64,000 nt of DNA from an uncultured Coriobacteriales bacterium (GTDB lineage: Bacteria; Actinomycetota; Coriobacteriia; Coriobacteriales; QAMH01): NCBI GenBank assembly GCA_934646835.1, contig CAKUES010000006.1:32533-96532 (forward strand). The letters run 5' to 3'. A program made the position numbers and the translations under genes. The notes beneath the pieces are model-generated. The model made no database searches. It was given only the letters and a program-made list of their open reading frames with translations, and was not told where the DNA came from. This document shows, one piece after another, positions 20,091 to 27,712 of the stretch (the stretch's first letter is position 1; the number at the start of each line of letters is the position of its first letter).

Positions 20091-20987
20091 ATGGCAGAAG
20101 CAATGCAGCATGGTCCCCACGAGGACGCGCAGGAGCATCATCACCACACCCATGCACCCCAGTCGGCGCATCCGGGTCATCATCACCTGCTCACCTGCGA
20201 GAACCTGAGCGTCGCGTTCTCGATGTACGACCCGGACGCCCCGTTTTTCCGTGCGAAGAAGCGCGAGGTCCGTGTGATCGACGACCTCTCGGTCTCTGTC
20301 CATGCCGGCGAGATCTTGGCGGTGGTTGGTGCGAGCGGCAGCGGTAAGACCCTGCTCGCGGATGCGATCATGGGCTTGTTCGAGCCCAACGCGACGGTCT
20401 GCGGGACGATATGGTTCGATGGCGAGCGGCAGGACGCCGCCGGCCTCGAGAACCTGAGGGGCCATGGCATCTCGCTGGTGCCGCAGAGCGTGAACCACCT
20501 CGACCCCATGATGCCCGTCGGTCGCCAGATCGAGGGCTTTGCCCATCCCCAATCCGAGCACGAGCAGCGCGCGGAGAAGCGCCGCAAGCTCTTTGCCCGC
20601 TACGACCTTGACGAGGAAGTCGCGCAGATGTTCCCGCATCAGCTCTCCGGCGGCATGGCGCGTCGCGTGCTCTTGTGCTGCGCGCTCATGGACGACCCCA
20701 AGCTCATCGTCGCCGACGAGCCGACTCCCGGCCTTGACTTGGACCTTGCGGTCAAGGCGCTGGAAGATTTCCGTGCCTTTGCGGACGAGGGGGGAGGAGT
20801 GCTGCTGATTACCCACGACATCGAGCTCGCCCTCAAAGTGGCCGATCGCGTTGCCGTCTTCAAGGACGGCACGGTCATCGAGGAGACGGCAGTCAAGTCC
20901 TTTGAGAGTCCGGACAAGCTGCGCCATCCCTTCACCCGTGCACTGTGGCACGCACTGCCGGAGCACGGCTTTACGGTGGAGTTGTAG
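20091..20987 (+). CDS. ABC transporter ATP-binding protein (DppD/NikD-like) with a His-rich N-terminal tail
   Basis: Walker A GASGSGKT, signature LSGGM, Walker B LIVADEPT. The N-terminus is MAEAMQHGPHEDAQEHHHHTHAPQSAHPGHHH. AGGAGG RBS lies 8 nt upstream. Confidence 0.85.
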   Translation: MAEAMQHGPHEDAQEHHHHTHAPQSAHPGHHHLLTCENLSVAFSMYDPDAPFFRAKKREVRVIDDLSVSVHAGEILAVVGASGSGKTLLADAIMGLFEPNATVCGTIWFDGERQDAAGLENLRGHGISLVPQSVNHLDPMMPVGRQIEGFAHPQSEHEQRAEKRRKLFARYDLDEEVAQMFPHQLSGGMARRVLLCCALMDDPKLIVADEPTPGLDLDLAVKALEDFRAFADEGGGVLLITHDIELALKVADRVAVFKDGTVIEETAVKSFESPDKLRHPFTRALWHALPEHGFTVEL

Positions 20988-21021
20988 CTGACGTGCCTGT
21001 TTGCGCTGATGAGAGGCCCCG

Positions 21022-21117
21022 CCACGTAGGGAAGGAACCGGGAGCGATGGAGCCTACGTAGGGGAAGTCCCGGGGATGACGGAGCCCACGTAGGGGAGGT
21101 CCCGGGAGCGACGGAAC
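21022..21117 (+). repeat. Three tandem 32-nt repeats derived from the 5' flank and core of the family A element
   Basis: ACGTAGGG(G)A recurs at 21024, 21056, 21088 and 21120 (period 32). Unit consensus is CCACGTAGGGGAGGTCCCGGGAGCGACGGAGC. Confidence 0.75.
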
Positions 21118-21176
21118 CCACGTAGGGGAGGGACCCTGTCCCTCCCCATAAGCCTTGCATTGTTCAGTGGTTTGCC
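21118..21176 (+). repeat. Family A element, 3' half (core hairpin plus right terminus)
   Basis: CCACGTAGGGGAGGGACCCTGTCCCTCCCCATAAGCCTTGCATTGTTCAGTGGTTTGCC. Confidence 0.7.
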
Positions 21177-21230
21177 GTGTGGTTCAAAACCATGTAGGTG
21201 TACAGACGGATCGAACGATAGGAGAGCCTC

Positions 21231-21821
21231 GTGCTCGAAGCCAAGAACATAACCTTTGCTTACCCCGGCGCCGAGCCGGTGCTGAGCGATGTCTCGCTGC
21301 AGGTTGCCCCTGGCGAGCGCGTGGCGCTAGTCGCGCCTTCCGGCTTTGGCAAGACAACGCTGTGTCAGGTGCTTGCCGGGTATCGTCAGCCGACAGACGG
21401 TGAGGTACTCGTCGACGGCACGCCGCTACCACGTCGCGGTGTGTGCCCTGTGCAGATGATCTGGCAGCATCCCGAGCGCGTGCTCGACCCGCGTATGCGC
21501 ATGATGGACTCGCTGCTCGAGGCGGGAAAGCCCAGCCCTCAGATCATCGAGGGCCTCGGTATCCAGGAGAAGTGGAAGACGCGCTTTCCCCATGAGCTGT
21601 CTGGCGGCGAGATGCAGCGCTTCTGCATCGCCCGTGCGCTCACGGCCTGTCCGCGCTATCTTATCGCGGACGAGGTCTCGACCATGCTCGACGCGGTGAC
21701 GCAGGCGCAGTTGTGGTACTTTCTCATCGAGGAGGCCGAGCGCCGTAACATCGGCATGCTGCTGGTGAGTCATTCCCCGGCGTTGCTCGACAAGGTCGCC
21801 ACTAGGATCATCGAGCTGTAG
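21231..21821 (+). CDS. ABC transporter ATP-binding protein (DppF/NikE-like, short)
   Basis: Walker A APSGFGKT, signature LSGGEMQR, Walker B YLIADEVS. GTG start with AGGAGAG RBS. Confidence 0.8.
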   Translation: MLEAKNITFAYPGAEPVLSDVSLQVAPGERVALVAPSGFGKTTLCQVLAGYRQPTDGEVLVDGTPLPRRGVCPVQMIWQHPERVLDPRMRMMDSLLEAGKPSPQIIEGLGIQEKWKTRFPHELSGGEMQRFCIARALTACPRYLIADEVSTMLDAVTQAQLWYFLIEEAERRNIGMLLVSHSPALLDKVATRIIEL

Positions 21822-21858
21822 GCGTCGTCAAGCGCATAGTTCGGACGCACACAGAGGT

Positions 21859-21957
21859 GCGTCCCAAAGGGGACCAGGTCTTTTATGGGACAGAGGGAGC
21901 GGCAGTTTGCTTTTAGCTTGCCTTGTCCCATAAAAGACCTGGTCCCCTTTGGGACGC
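21859..21957. repeat. Family C palindromic element: perfect 34-nt inverted repeat with a 31-nt spacer
   Basis: GCGTCCCAAAGGGGACCAGGTCTTTTATGGGACA (21859-21892) and its exact reverse complement (21924-21957). Confidence 0.85.
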
Positions 21958-22136
21958 TGCGGCGACTCCGCAAGCCATCAATCATCCTTTCTTCTAAATC
22001 AACGGAACGTCAACGCACAGCAGGCGGCAGGTTCTGCTCGAGAAGCGGTAGGCATATAATCAGCAGCGTTTACGAAGAGAGGGAGAGCAAATCGCGGTCT
22101 ACCTGCGGTTTTGCTCGGTTGTTACGGAGTAACTCT

Positions 22137-23162
22137 ATGATTACAAAGCAAGACAGATTCCTCGACTTCCTTGCTCAGGAAGACACCCAATTTGTCATTC
22201 CCGTTTACCAGCGTCCGTATGCATGGACGCCGCGTCAGTGCCGCGAGCTGTGGAAGGACATCGTTCGCGCAGGCGAGCAGGGCACGTCGCACTTTATGAG
22301 CATGGTGCTTTTCCGCGAGGTCGAGGGTTGCACGGGGTCGTTGCGCAAGGTCGACATCATCGACGGCCAGCAGCGCATCGCCACGATGACCATCCTGCTC
22401 AACGTGCTCAAGGAGCATCTTACCAAGACTGGCAAGACCGTGGCCGGCATGACGGCAGATGACATCGCTGCCAAGTTCCTCCAGGTTTCAGATGGAGGCA
22501 GCGTCGAGGCAAAGATCCAGCTGCTGAGCTTCGACCTCAATACGCTTGACGCGGTCATCAACGGCAGCGAGCTTCCCGCCAAGCCTTCGCCGCGCGTCAT
22601 CGACAATTACCGCTTCTTCCAGAAGCAGATGGAGGCCGAGGACTTCGACCTCGAGACCTTCTGGGCGGGCATCGAGCAGCTGCTCGTCATCGACGCGGAG
22701 CTCGGCGCAGATGACAAGGCCCAGGGCATCTTCGAGAGCCTCAACACCAAGGGCATCCCCCTGACCACCGCTGACCTCGTGCGCAACTACCTGCTGGTCG
22801 GCCTGTCGCGCGAGGAACAGGTCCGCCTCTACAACGAGTACTGGAACCCCATCGAGCTTATGTTTGGCGAGGACCGTGACTCCATGAAGCTCAACTCGGG
22901 CCTGCGCATGTGGCTCGACATTCGCTACCGCAAAAAGCGCCTCCATCGAGCGGAGGACACCTACAACTCCTTCAAGGAATACACCATGACGGTGTACAAG
23001 GGCACTGTCGAGGAGCTGCTCGACGAGCTGCGCAGCTTCTGCTTGATGTGGGCCGAGAACTTCAAGTTCAACGAGGTGAAGGCATATCGCACCATGGACT
23101 GGGCCAAGGACGGCCAGCGCAAGAACCTGCTGCCCGGCTGGGGCCACCAAAGCGGCTTCTAG
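22137..23162 (+). CDS. DUF262 (GmrS/ParB-like NTPase) domain protein, no DUF1524 nuclease domain apparent
   Basis: FVIPVYQRPYAW and IIDGQQRIATM motifs. 341 aa. GGAG RBS before ATG 22137. The upstream extension of the track ORF runs through the family C palindrome and was rejected. Confidence 0.8.
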   Translation: MITKQDRFLDFLAQEDTQFVIPVYQRPYAWTPRQCRELWKDIVRAGEQGTSHFMSMVLFREVEGCTGSLRKVDIIDGQQRIATMTILLNVLKEHLTKTGKTVAGMTADDIAAKFLQVSDGGSVEAKIQLLSFDLNTLDAVINGSELPAKPSPRVIDNYRFFQKQMEAEDFDLETFWAGIEQLLVIDAELGADDKAQGIFESLNTKGIPLTTADLVRNYLLVGLSREEQVRLYNEYWNPIELMFGEDRDSMKLNSGLRMWLDIRYRKKRLHRAEDTYNSFKEYTMTVYKGTVEELLDELRSFCLMWAENFKFNEVKAYRTMDWAKDGQRKNLLPGWGHQSGF

Positions 23163-23219
23163 CATGCCGGCGCCTGCGCGCGAAACCTTCCTATCCGCGG
23201 TAACTCGAAAGGATCTTCG

Positions 23220-24299
23220 ATGAAGACCGAACAAGCAACCTACCTGGACTTCCTTGGTGCGGCAAACACCAAGATGGCCATTCCTGTTTTCCAGCGCATG
23301 TATACCTGGAGCCCCTGGCAATGCGAGGAGCTTTGGGAGGACATCATCAATGCCGGTAAGAGTGGCGAGACGCATTTTATCGGCAGCATTATCTACACTT
23401 CCGAGGCGCTTGATGGCACAAACGGTGCAAACGAGCTGCGCAGCATCGTCGACGGCCAGCAGCGCACCACGACGGTGACCTTGCTGTTTATCGCCTTGCG
23501 CGACTGGCTGCGCGAGCACGGCGAGACCTGTGGCCTGACGGCTCAGGCGATCGAGGAGCGCTACCTCTACAACGCGACCCCTGACGGCGGCCGTGCGATG
23601 AAGTTCACCGCTGCCCCTGCCGACCACGAGACCCTCGTCTACATCCTCGAGGGTGGCGAGAAGCCGGAGCGCTACCGCTTCTCCAACCGCATGGACCGTA
23701 ACTATCGCTTCTTTGCCGAGCAGATGGCGGCCGAGGACTTCGAGCTCGAGGTCATGCTCGCCGGCCTGCGCCAGCTCTTTGCGATCATCGTCGAGCTTGG
23801 TGGCGACGACAACCCGCAGCTGATCTTCGAGGGCATCAACTCCAAGGGCATGGCGCTCAACACGGGCGACCTGCTGCGCAACAAACTCTTCTATGGCAAC
23901 GACCAGTCCGAGCAGGAGCGCCTGCTGGTCACGTACTGGGAGCCGATCGAGGCGCTCTTCGAGGAGGACGAGGACGAGAGCCTCTTCAACGCCTGCCTGC
24001 GCATGTGGTTGGTGGGCAAGGACGCCTCGCTCGAGAAGTACACGCCCTACGAGCTCTACAGCGGCTTTCGCAAGTACCTCAACGAATCCTACGAGGGCTC
24101 GACAGAGGATCTGATGAGGGAGCTGCTCGAGCACTGCGAGAACTTCCGCCGCCTGATCAAGAGCCCCATGACCAAGAAGCACATCGACTGGGCGACCGGT
24201 GAGACAGGCTTTGGCAAGGGCTATGGCGTCACCGTGGGCATCGCCACGCGCTCGATGTATCACGCCGCAACCGGCATGCCGACCAAGATGTTTCCCTAG
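23220..24299 (+). CDS. DUF262 (GmrS/ParB-like NTPase) domain protein, paralog of 22137-23162
   Basis: MAIPVFQRMYTW and IVDGQQRTTTV motifs. 359 aa. Alignable with the upstream gene to the C-terminus (NYRFFxxQMxAEDFxLE, YWxPIExxF, xDWA). GAAAGGA RBS. Confidence 0.8.
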   Translation: MKTEQATYLDFLGAANTKMAIPVFQRMYTWSPWQCEELWEDIINAGKSGETHFIGSIIYTSEALDGTNGANELRSIVDGQQRTTTVTLLFIALRDWLREHGETCGLTAQAIEERYLYNATPDGGRAMKFTAAPADHETLVYILEGGEKPERYRFSNRMDRNYRFFAEQMAAEDFELEVMLAGLRQLFAIIVELGGDDNPQLIFEGINSKGMALNTGDLLRNKLFYGNDQSEQERLLVTYWEPIEALFEEDEDESLFNACLRMWLVGKDASLEKYTPYELYSGFRKYLNESYEGSTEDLMRELLEHCENFRRLIKSPMTKKHIDWATGETGFGKGYGVTVGIATRSMYHAATGMPTKMFP

Positions 24300-24312
24300 G
24301 CGCTGAGTTTGC

Positions 24313-24349
24313 GAGGGGGCGGGGCCTTGGGGTCTCGTCCCCCTTTTTT
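24313..24349 (+). terminator. Rho-independent terminator after the DUF262 pair
   Basis: G-rich/C-rich hairpin (GAGGGGGCGG...CGTCCCCC) followed by TTTTTT (24344-24349). Confidence 0.6.
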
Positions 24350-24381
24350 GCGGTTGCAGCGGCAGGAGGATGGGTTCAGGG

Positions 24382-24485
24382 GTGACACACTTTGTGCCAG
24401 TGACAATGTGTGTCACGCCATAGAGCCGCAGGTGTCCCCATGCCTTCTGCGTGACACACATTGTCACTGGCACAAAGTGTGTCAC
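24382..24485. repeat. Family B palindromic element: perfect 37-nt inverted repeat with a 30-nt spacer
   Basis: GTGACACACTTTGTGCCAGTGACAATGTGTGTCACGC (24382-24418) and its exact reverse complement (24449-24485). Confidence 0.85.
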
Positions 24486-24696
24486 GCGGAGCTGCAGTCG
24501 AAGAATCTGAACGTTTGAGACCAGACGCTCAACTGATGTCATTTGTTGCCACGGCCAACCGCGATCCTTCTCTCGATTTGCCCCACGTTTTTGGCGTTTT
24601 GTGTACCCTATTGCGCCCTGCTCGCCGAAACGCGACCTGCGGCATGCGTCCCAAGCGGTACCATATCCTCCATCTGAGCTTTGAGGAGAGAATTCT

Positions 24697-26652
24697 ATGA
24701 CCCAGAAACTGCTGATGGGAAACGAGGCCTTCGCCCATGCCGCGCTCGAGGCGGGCGTCAACGTTGTGGCTGGTTATCCCGGTACACCATCGTCCGAAGT
24801 AATCGAGACCGTCGCGCGACTGCGCCGCGCTGGCAAGGCGCATGATGTCCACGTCGAGTGGTCCACCAACGAGAAAGCCGCGCTCGAGATGCTGGCGGGT
24901 GCCGCGTACTGCGGTGCGCGCACGCTGTTCACCTGCAAGCAGGTGGGTCTCAACGTCGCAAGCGACCCCTTGATGAGCCTCAACTACGTGGGCGTCAAGG
25001 GCGGCATGGTCCTCTTCGTGGCAGACGACCCGGGCCCCATCTCCTCGCAGACCGAGCAAGACACCCGCCGCTTTGGCTCCTTTGCCAAAGTCCCCGTCTT
25101 CGATCCCTCTACCCCTGACGAGGGCTTTGCGATGATGAAGCAGGCCTACGAGCTCTCTGAGAAGTACTCCTGCCCCGTCATCGTGCGCCCGACGACGCGC
25201 ATCGACCATGCGAGCACCTACTTTGACGTGCAGGAGGAGACCTGCGGTCGTCCTCTGCCCGAGGAGGGCTTCGTAAAAGACCCCAAGTGGATCATCTTCC
25301 CACGCCGCGCCTTCGAGGCCCACGGGGAGATCAACGCCCGCATCGCGGCGATGGCGGAGAACTTCTCTGATGACGCCGCCTACGTGCGCTTCAACCCCAT
25401 CATGCAGGCGGGCGAGGGCAAGCCGAGCATCGGCATCATGGCTGGTGGCGTAAGTGCTGCCTACACCCGCGAGGCGCTTCGTCAGCTGCAGGAGCTGGCC
25501 GATGCTGCTGGTGTCGAGCTGCCTGCTGTCCGCGTGATGCAGGTGGGCACGCCGTATCCCTTCCCCGCAAAGCGTGCCCTCGAGTTCACCGACGGCCTCG
25601 ATGCTGTCCTCGCGCTCGAAGAGCTCGACCATGTGCTCGAAGACGAGCTGCTCAAGCTCGCAGGACGCGAGCACCTTGCGCTCGAGGTGGCGGGCAAGCT
25701 CACGGGCGATGCTCGCGACCGCGGCGAGAACGACACGGACGATGTCATGCGCCGCATCTGCGCCTTTGCCGACGCGCGCTTTGGCACGCAGCTTGTTGAG
25801 CTGCTCCCCGCGGCCGCACCTTACGCATACCCCGATGACGCCCAGGCCCTGCCCGTGCGTCCCCCCGTGCTGTGCGCCGGTTGTCCGCATCGCGGCAGCT
25901 TCTACGCCATCAAGCGTGCGCTCGGTAGGCGCGAGGGCGCCTACTGCGGCGACATCGGCTGCTATACGCTCGGCAATGCCGCGCCGCTGTCTACGACCGA
26001 CACCTGCCTGTGCATGGGCGCGGGCATCACGGTTGCGCAGGGTTTCTCCGTGGTCGAGCCTGGCAAGAAGCAGATTGCCTTCGTCGGTGACAGCACCTTC
26101 TTCGCCAGCGGGCTCACGGGTTGCGCAAACGCCGTCTACAACCAGCATGATGTGACGATCTGCGTGCTCGACAACGCGACGACCGCTATGACGGGTAAGC
26201 AGCCGCATCCCGGCACGGGCGTCACGTTGATGGGAGCGCAAAGCGAGCCGATCAAGATCGACGCCGTGCTCAAGGCGTTGGGCTTTACCTGCATCGTCTA
26301 TGCCGATCCCCTGGACCACGCCGCGGCCGTCGCTGCTGCCAAAGAGGCTATCGACTTCGAGGGTCCGAGCGCGATCATCTTCAGGAGTCCTTGCGTGCAG
26401 CTCATCAAGCCGGCACCTGCTCTGGCGGTCGACACTGAAGCATGCACGGGCTGCAAACTCTGCATCAAGTCCATCGGCTGTCCCGGCGTTGGTTTCGATC
26501 CGGCGAAAACCGGTCCTTTGAGCAAGGAGCGCGGTCAGGCCTTCATTGATCCGAGCCAGTGCAACGGCTGCGGTCTATGCGCCCAGCTGTGCCCGAGCAA
26601 GGCAATTGTTATTCCGGTAGCTGACAAGGGAGAGGGGGCTTGCCGTGCTTAA
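24697..26652 (+). CDS. iorA: Indolepyruvate (arylpyruvate):ferredoxin oxidoreductase, alpha subunit
   Basis: MGNEAFAHAALEAGVNVVAGYPGTPSSE N-terminus, a TPP-binding region (GDSTFFASG) and two C-terminal 4Fe-4S motifs (CTGCKLCIKSIGCP, CNGCGLCAQLCP). Confidence 0.9.
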   Translation: MTQKLLMGNEAFAHAALEAGVNVVAGYPGTPSSEVIETVARLRRAGKAHDVHVEWSTNEKAALEMLAGAAYCGARTLFTCKQVGLNVASDPLMSLNYVGVKGGMVLFVADDPGPISSQTEQDTRRFGSFAKVPVFDPSTPDEGFAMMKQAYELSEKYSCPVIVRPTTRIDHASTYFDVQEETCGRPLPEEGFVKDPKWIIFPRRAFEAHGEINARIAAMAENFSDDAAYVRFNPIMQAGEGKPSIGIMAGGVSAAYTREALRQLQELADAAGVELPAVRVMQVGTPYPFPAKRALEFTDGLDAVLALEELDHVLEDELLKLAGREHLALEVAGKLTGDARDRGENDTDDVMRRICAFADARFGTQLVELLPAAAPYAYPDDAQALPVRPPVLCAGCPHRGSFYAIKRALGRREGAYCGDIGCYTLGNAAPLSTTDTCLCMGAGITVAQGFSVVEPGKKQIAFVGDSTFFASGLTGCANAVYNQHDVTICVLDNATTAMTGKQPHPGTGVTLMGAQSEPIKIDAVLKALGFTCIVYADPLDHAAAVAAAKEAIDFEGPSAIIFRSPCVQLIKPAPALAVDTEACTGCKLCIKSIGCPGVGFDPAKTGPLSKERGQAFIDPSQCNGCGLCAQLCPSKAIVIPVADKGEGACRA

Positions 26653-27250
26653 CGTCCTCATCACCGGCATCGGCGGCCAGGGTACGGTTCTGGCTGCAAA
26701 GCTTCTCGCTCAGGCTGCGCAGACGCGTGGTTGGCAGGTCCGCACGGCAGAGACCATCGGCATGGCCCAGCGAGGTGGTTCCGTCGTGAGCCATGTGCGC
26801 ATGGATAACGGCGGCGAAGAGGTTGCCGCCCCGCTGCTCAACAGCGCAACGGCGGATATGATCATCGCCTTCGAGCCGGGCGAGGCGGCGCGTTGTCTGC
26901 CGTATTTGGCAAGCGGTGGCACGCTCGTCACCGCCAAGAGTGCGGTCCAGCCGATTACTGCCGCGTTGAGCGGCAGCGGCTACAGCAGTGCCGGCGCCAT
27001 CGAAGGGCTGCATGCCGCGCTCGACGGCACGGACGCCAAGCTGTGCGTTGTCGACGACGCCGCCTTGGTGGCGGCAAGCGGGCTGCGCAAAGCCCGCAAC
27101 GTGATGCTGCTCGCCTGCGCGCTCAGCACCGGCGCCGTCCCCATCACAGTCGACGACCTGCGCGATGCCATCCGCGTTTGCGTCAAGCCGAGCTTTGTTG
27201 ACATGAACCTCGCCGCTGTCGATGCCGCCCTCGAGGTGCTGCAGGGGTAG
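26645..27250 (+). CDS. iorB: Indolepyruvate:ferredoxin oxidoreductase, beta subunit
   Basis: ITGIGGQGTVLAAKLLA and AETIGMAQRGGSV motifs of the 2-oxoacid:Fd oxidoreductase gamma-type domain. Overlaps the iorA stop. Confidence 0.85.
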   Translation: MLNVLITGIGGQGTVLAAKLLAQAAQTRGWQVRTAETIGMAQRGGSVVSHVRMDNGGEEVAAPLLNSATADMIIAFEPGEAARCLPYLASGGTLVTAKSAVQPITAALSGSGYSSAGAIEGLHAALDGTDAKLCVVDDAALVAASGLRKARNVMLLACALSTGAVPITVDDLRDAIRVCVKPSFVDMNLAAVDAALEVLQG

Positions 27251-27275
27251 GGACGTGCTACCGGTTTGAGCTTGG

Positions 27276-27310
27276 TTGACACACAATGTGCCAGTGACAA
27301 AGTGTGTCAT
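27276..27310. repeat. Family B element, single arm
   Basis: TTGACACACAATGTGCCAGTGACAAAGTGTGTCAT. Confidence 0.6.
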
Positions 27311-27367
27311 CCTGAGCGCAGTGCGTCGCGCTGGCTGCAACTGCGTAAATTCCGCTCGGGTCGAGTC

Positions 27368-27395
27368 TTGCGCCTTTCGCGAAAACCGCTAGAAT
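27368..27395 (+). promoter_or_regulatory. Putative sigma-70-type promoter for tRNA-Trp
   Basis: TTGCGC (27368-27373), 16 nt spacer, TAGAAT (27390-27395), about 22 nt before the mature tRNA 5' end. Confidence 0.4.
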
Positions 27396-27417
27396 ACTGC
27401 CTTGCGCACTTCAATAC

Positions 27418-27493
27418 ACGCCAGTAGCTCCAATGGTAGAGCGTCGGTCTCCAAAACCGAATGTTGTGGGTTCGAGTCCTACCTGGCGTGCCA
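27418..27493 (+). tRNA. trnW: tRNA-Trp (anticodon CCA), CCA end encoded, discriminator G
   Basis: Manual cloverleaf: acceptor ACGCCAG/CTGGCGT, D arm GCTC-CAATGGTA-GAGC, anticodon arm TCGGT-CTCCAAA-ACCGA, variable loop ATGTT, T arm GTGGG-TTCGAGT-CCTAC, then G-CCA. 76 nt. Confidence 0.95.
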
Positions 27494-27501
27494 GTAAACT
27501 C

Positions 27502-27530
27502 AAAGGCCTCCATCGTGGGGGCCTTTTTTC
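27502..27530 (+). terminator. Rho-independent terminator after tRNA-Trp
   Basis: AGGCCTCC-ATCGT-GGGGGCCT hairpin followed by TTTTTT. Confidence 0.7.
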
Positions 27531-27712
27531 GTGCTCGTCAGTCAACAAATCAGTCTGGCTGAAGTGTTGACTGGCCCGCTGGCCGTGTTTTGTCCACGTC
27601 TTTGCGTGGCTGACGGCCACATTCCCCTCCTGCAAGCGCCTATATCGGCGTACAATCCTTTCAAGCGCTGCTAAACGTCGGCAGCAAGGAGAAAAACATA
27701 GGAGGATGCGTC

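Noticed and set aside
21885-22136. 84-codon N-terminal extension of the first DUF262 gene suggested by the ORF track
   Set aside because: The extension starts inside the family C palindrome, and the Ser/Arg-rich peptide it encodes shows no domain signature. A GGAG RBS precedes the internal ATG at 22137, where the DUF262 homology begins.
22137-24299. The DUF262 pair as mere pseudogene debris of one GmrSD gene
   Set aside because: Only partly rejected. Each ORF is intact with its own RBS, each contains a complete N-terminal DUF262 region (not an N half plus a C half), and both end at homologous positions. Two fragments of a single gene would not look like this. Decay of a former nuclease domain cannot be excluded without homologues.
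22488-24761. 757-aa minus-strand ORF antisense to both DUF262 genes
   Set aside because: It runs through the intergenic terminator and the family B palindrome, shows no domain signature and has no RBS. The + strand genes have clear DUF262 motifs and RBSs.
27307-27635. Two minus-strand ORFs (27307-27513, 27411-27635) over the tRNA-Trp locus
   Set aside because: They are translations of the tRNA gene and its terminator. The cloverleaf is perfect on the + strand.
27250-27712. Integrase, prophage or genomic-island junction at tRNA-Trp
   Set aside because: I looked for an integrase gene or a direct repeat of the tRNA 3' end on either side and found none. The flanking genes are metabolic and functionally related to each other.
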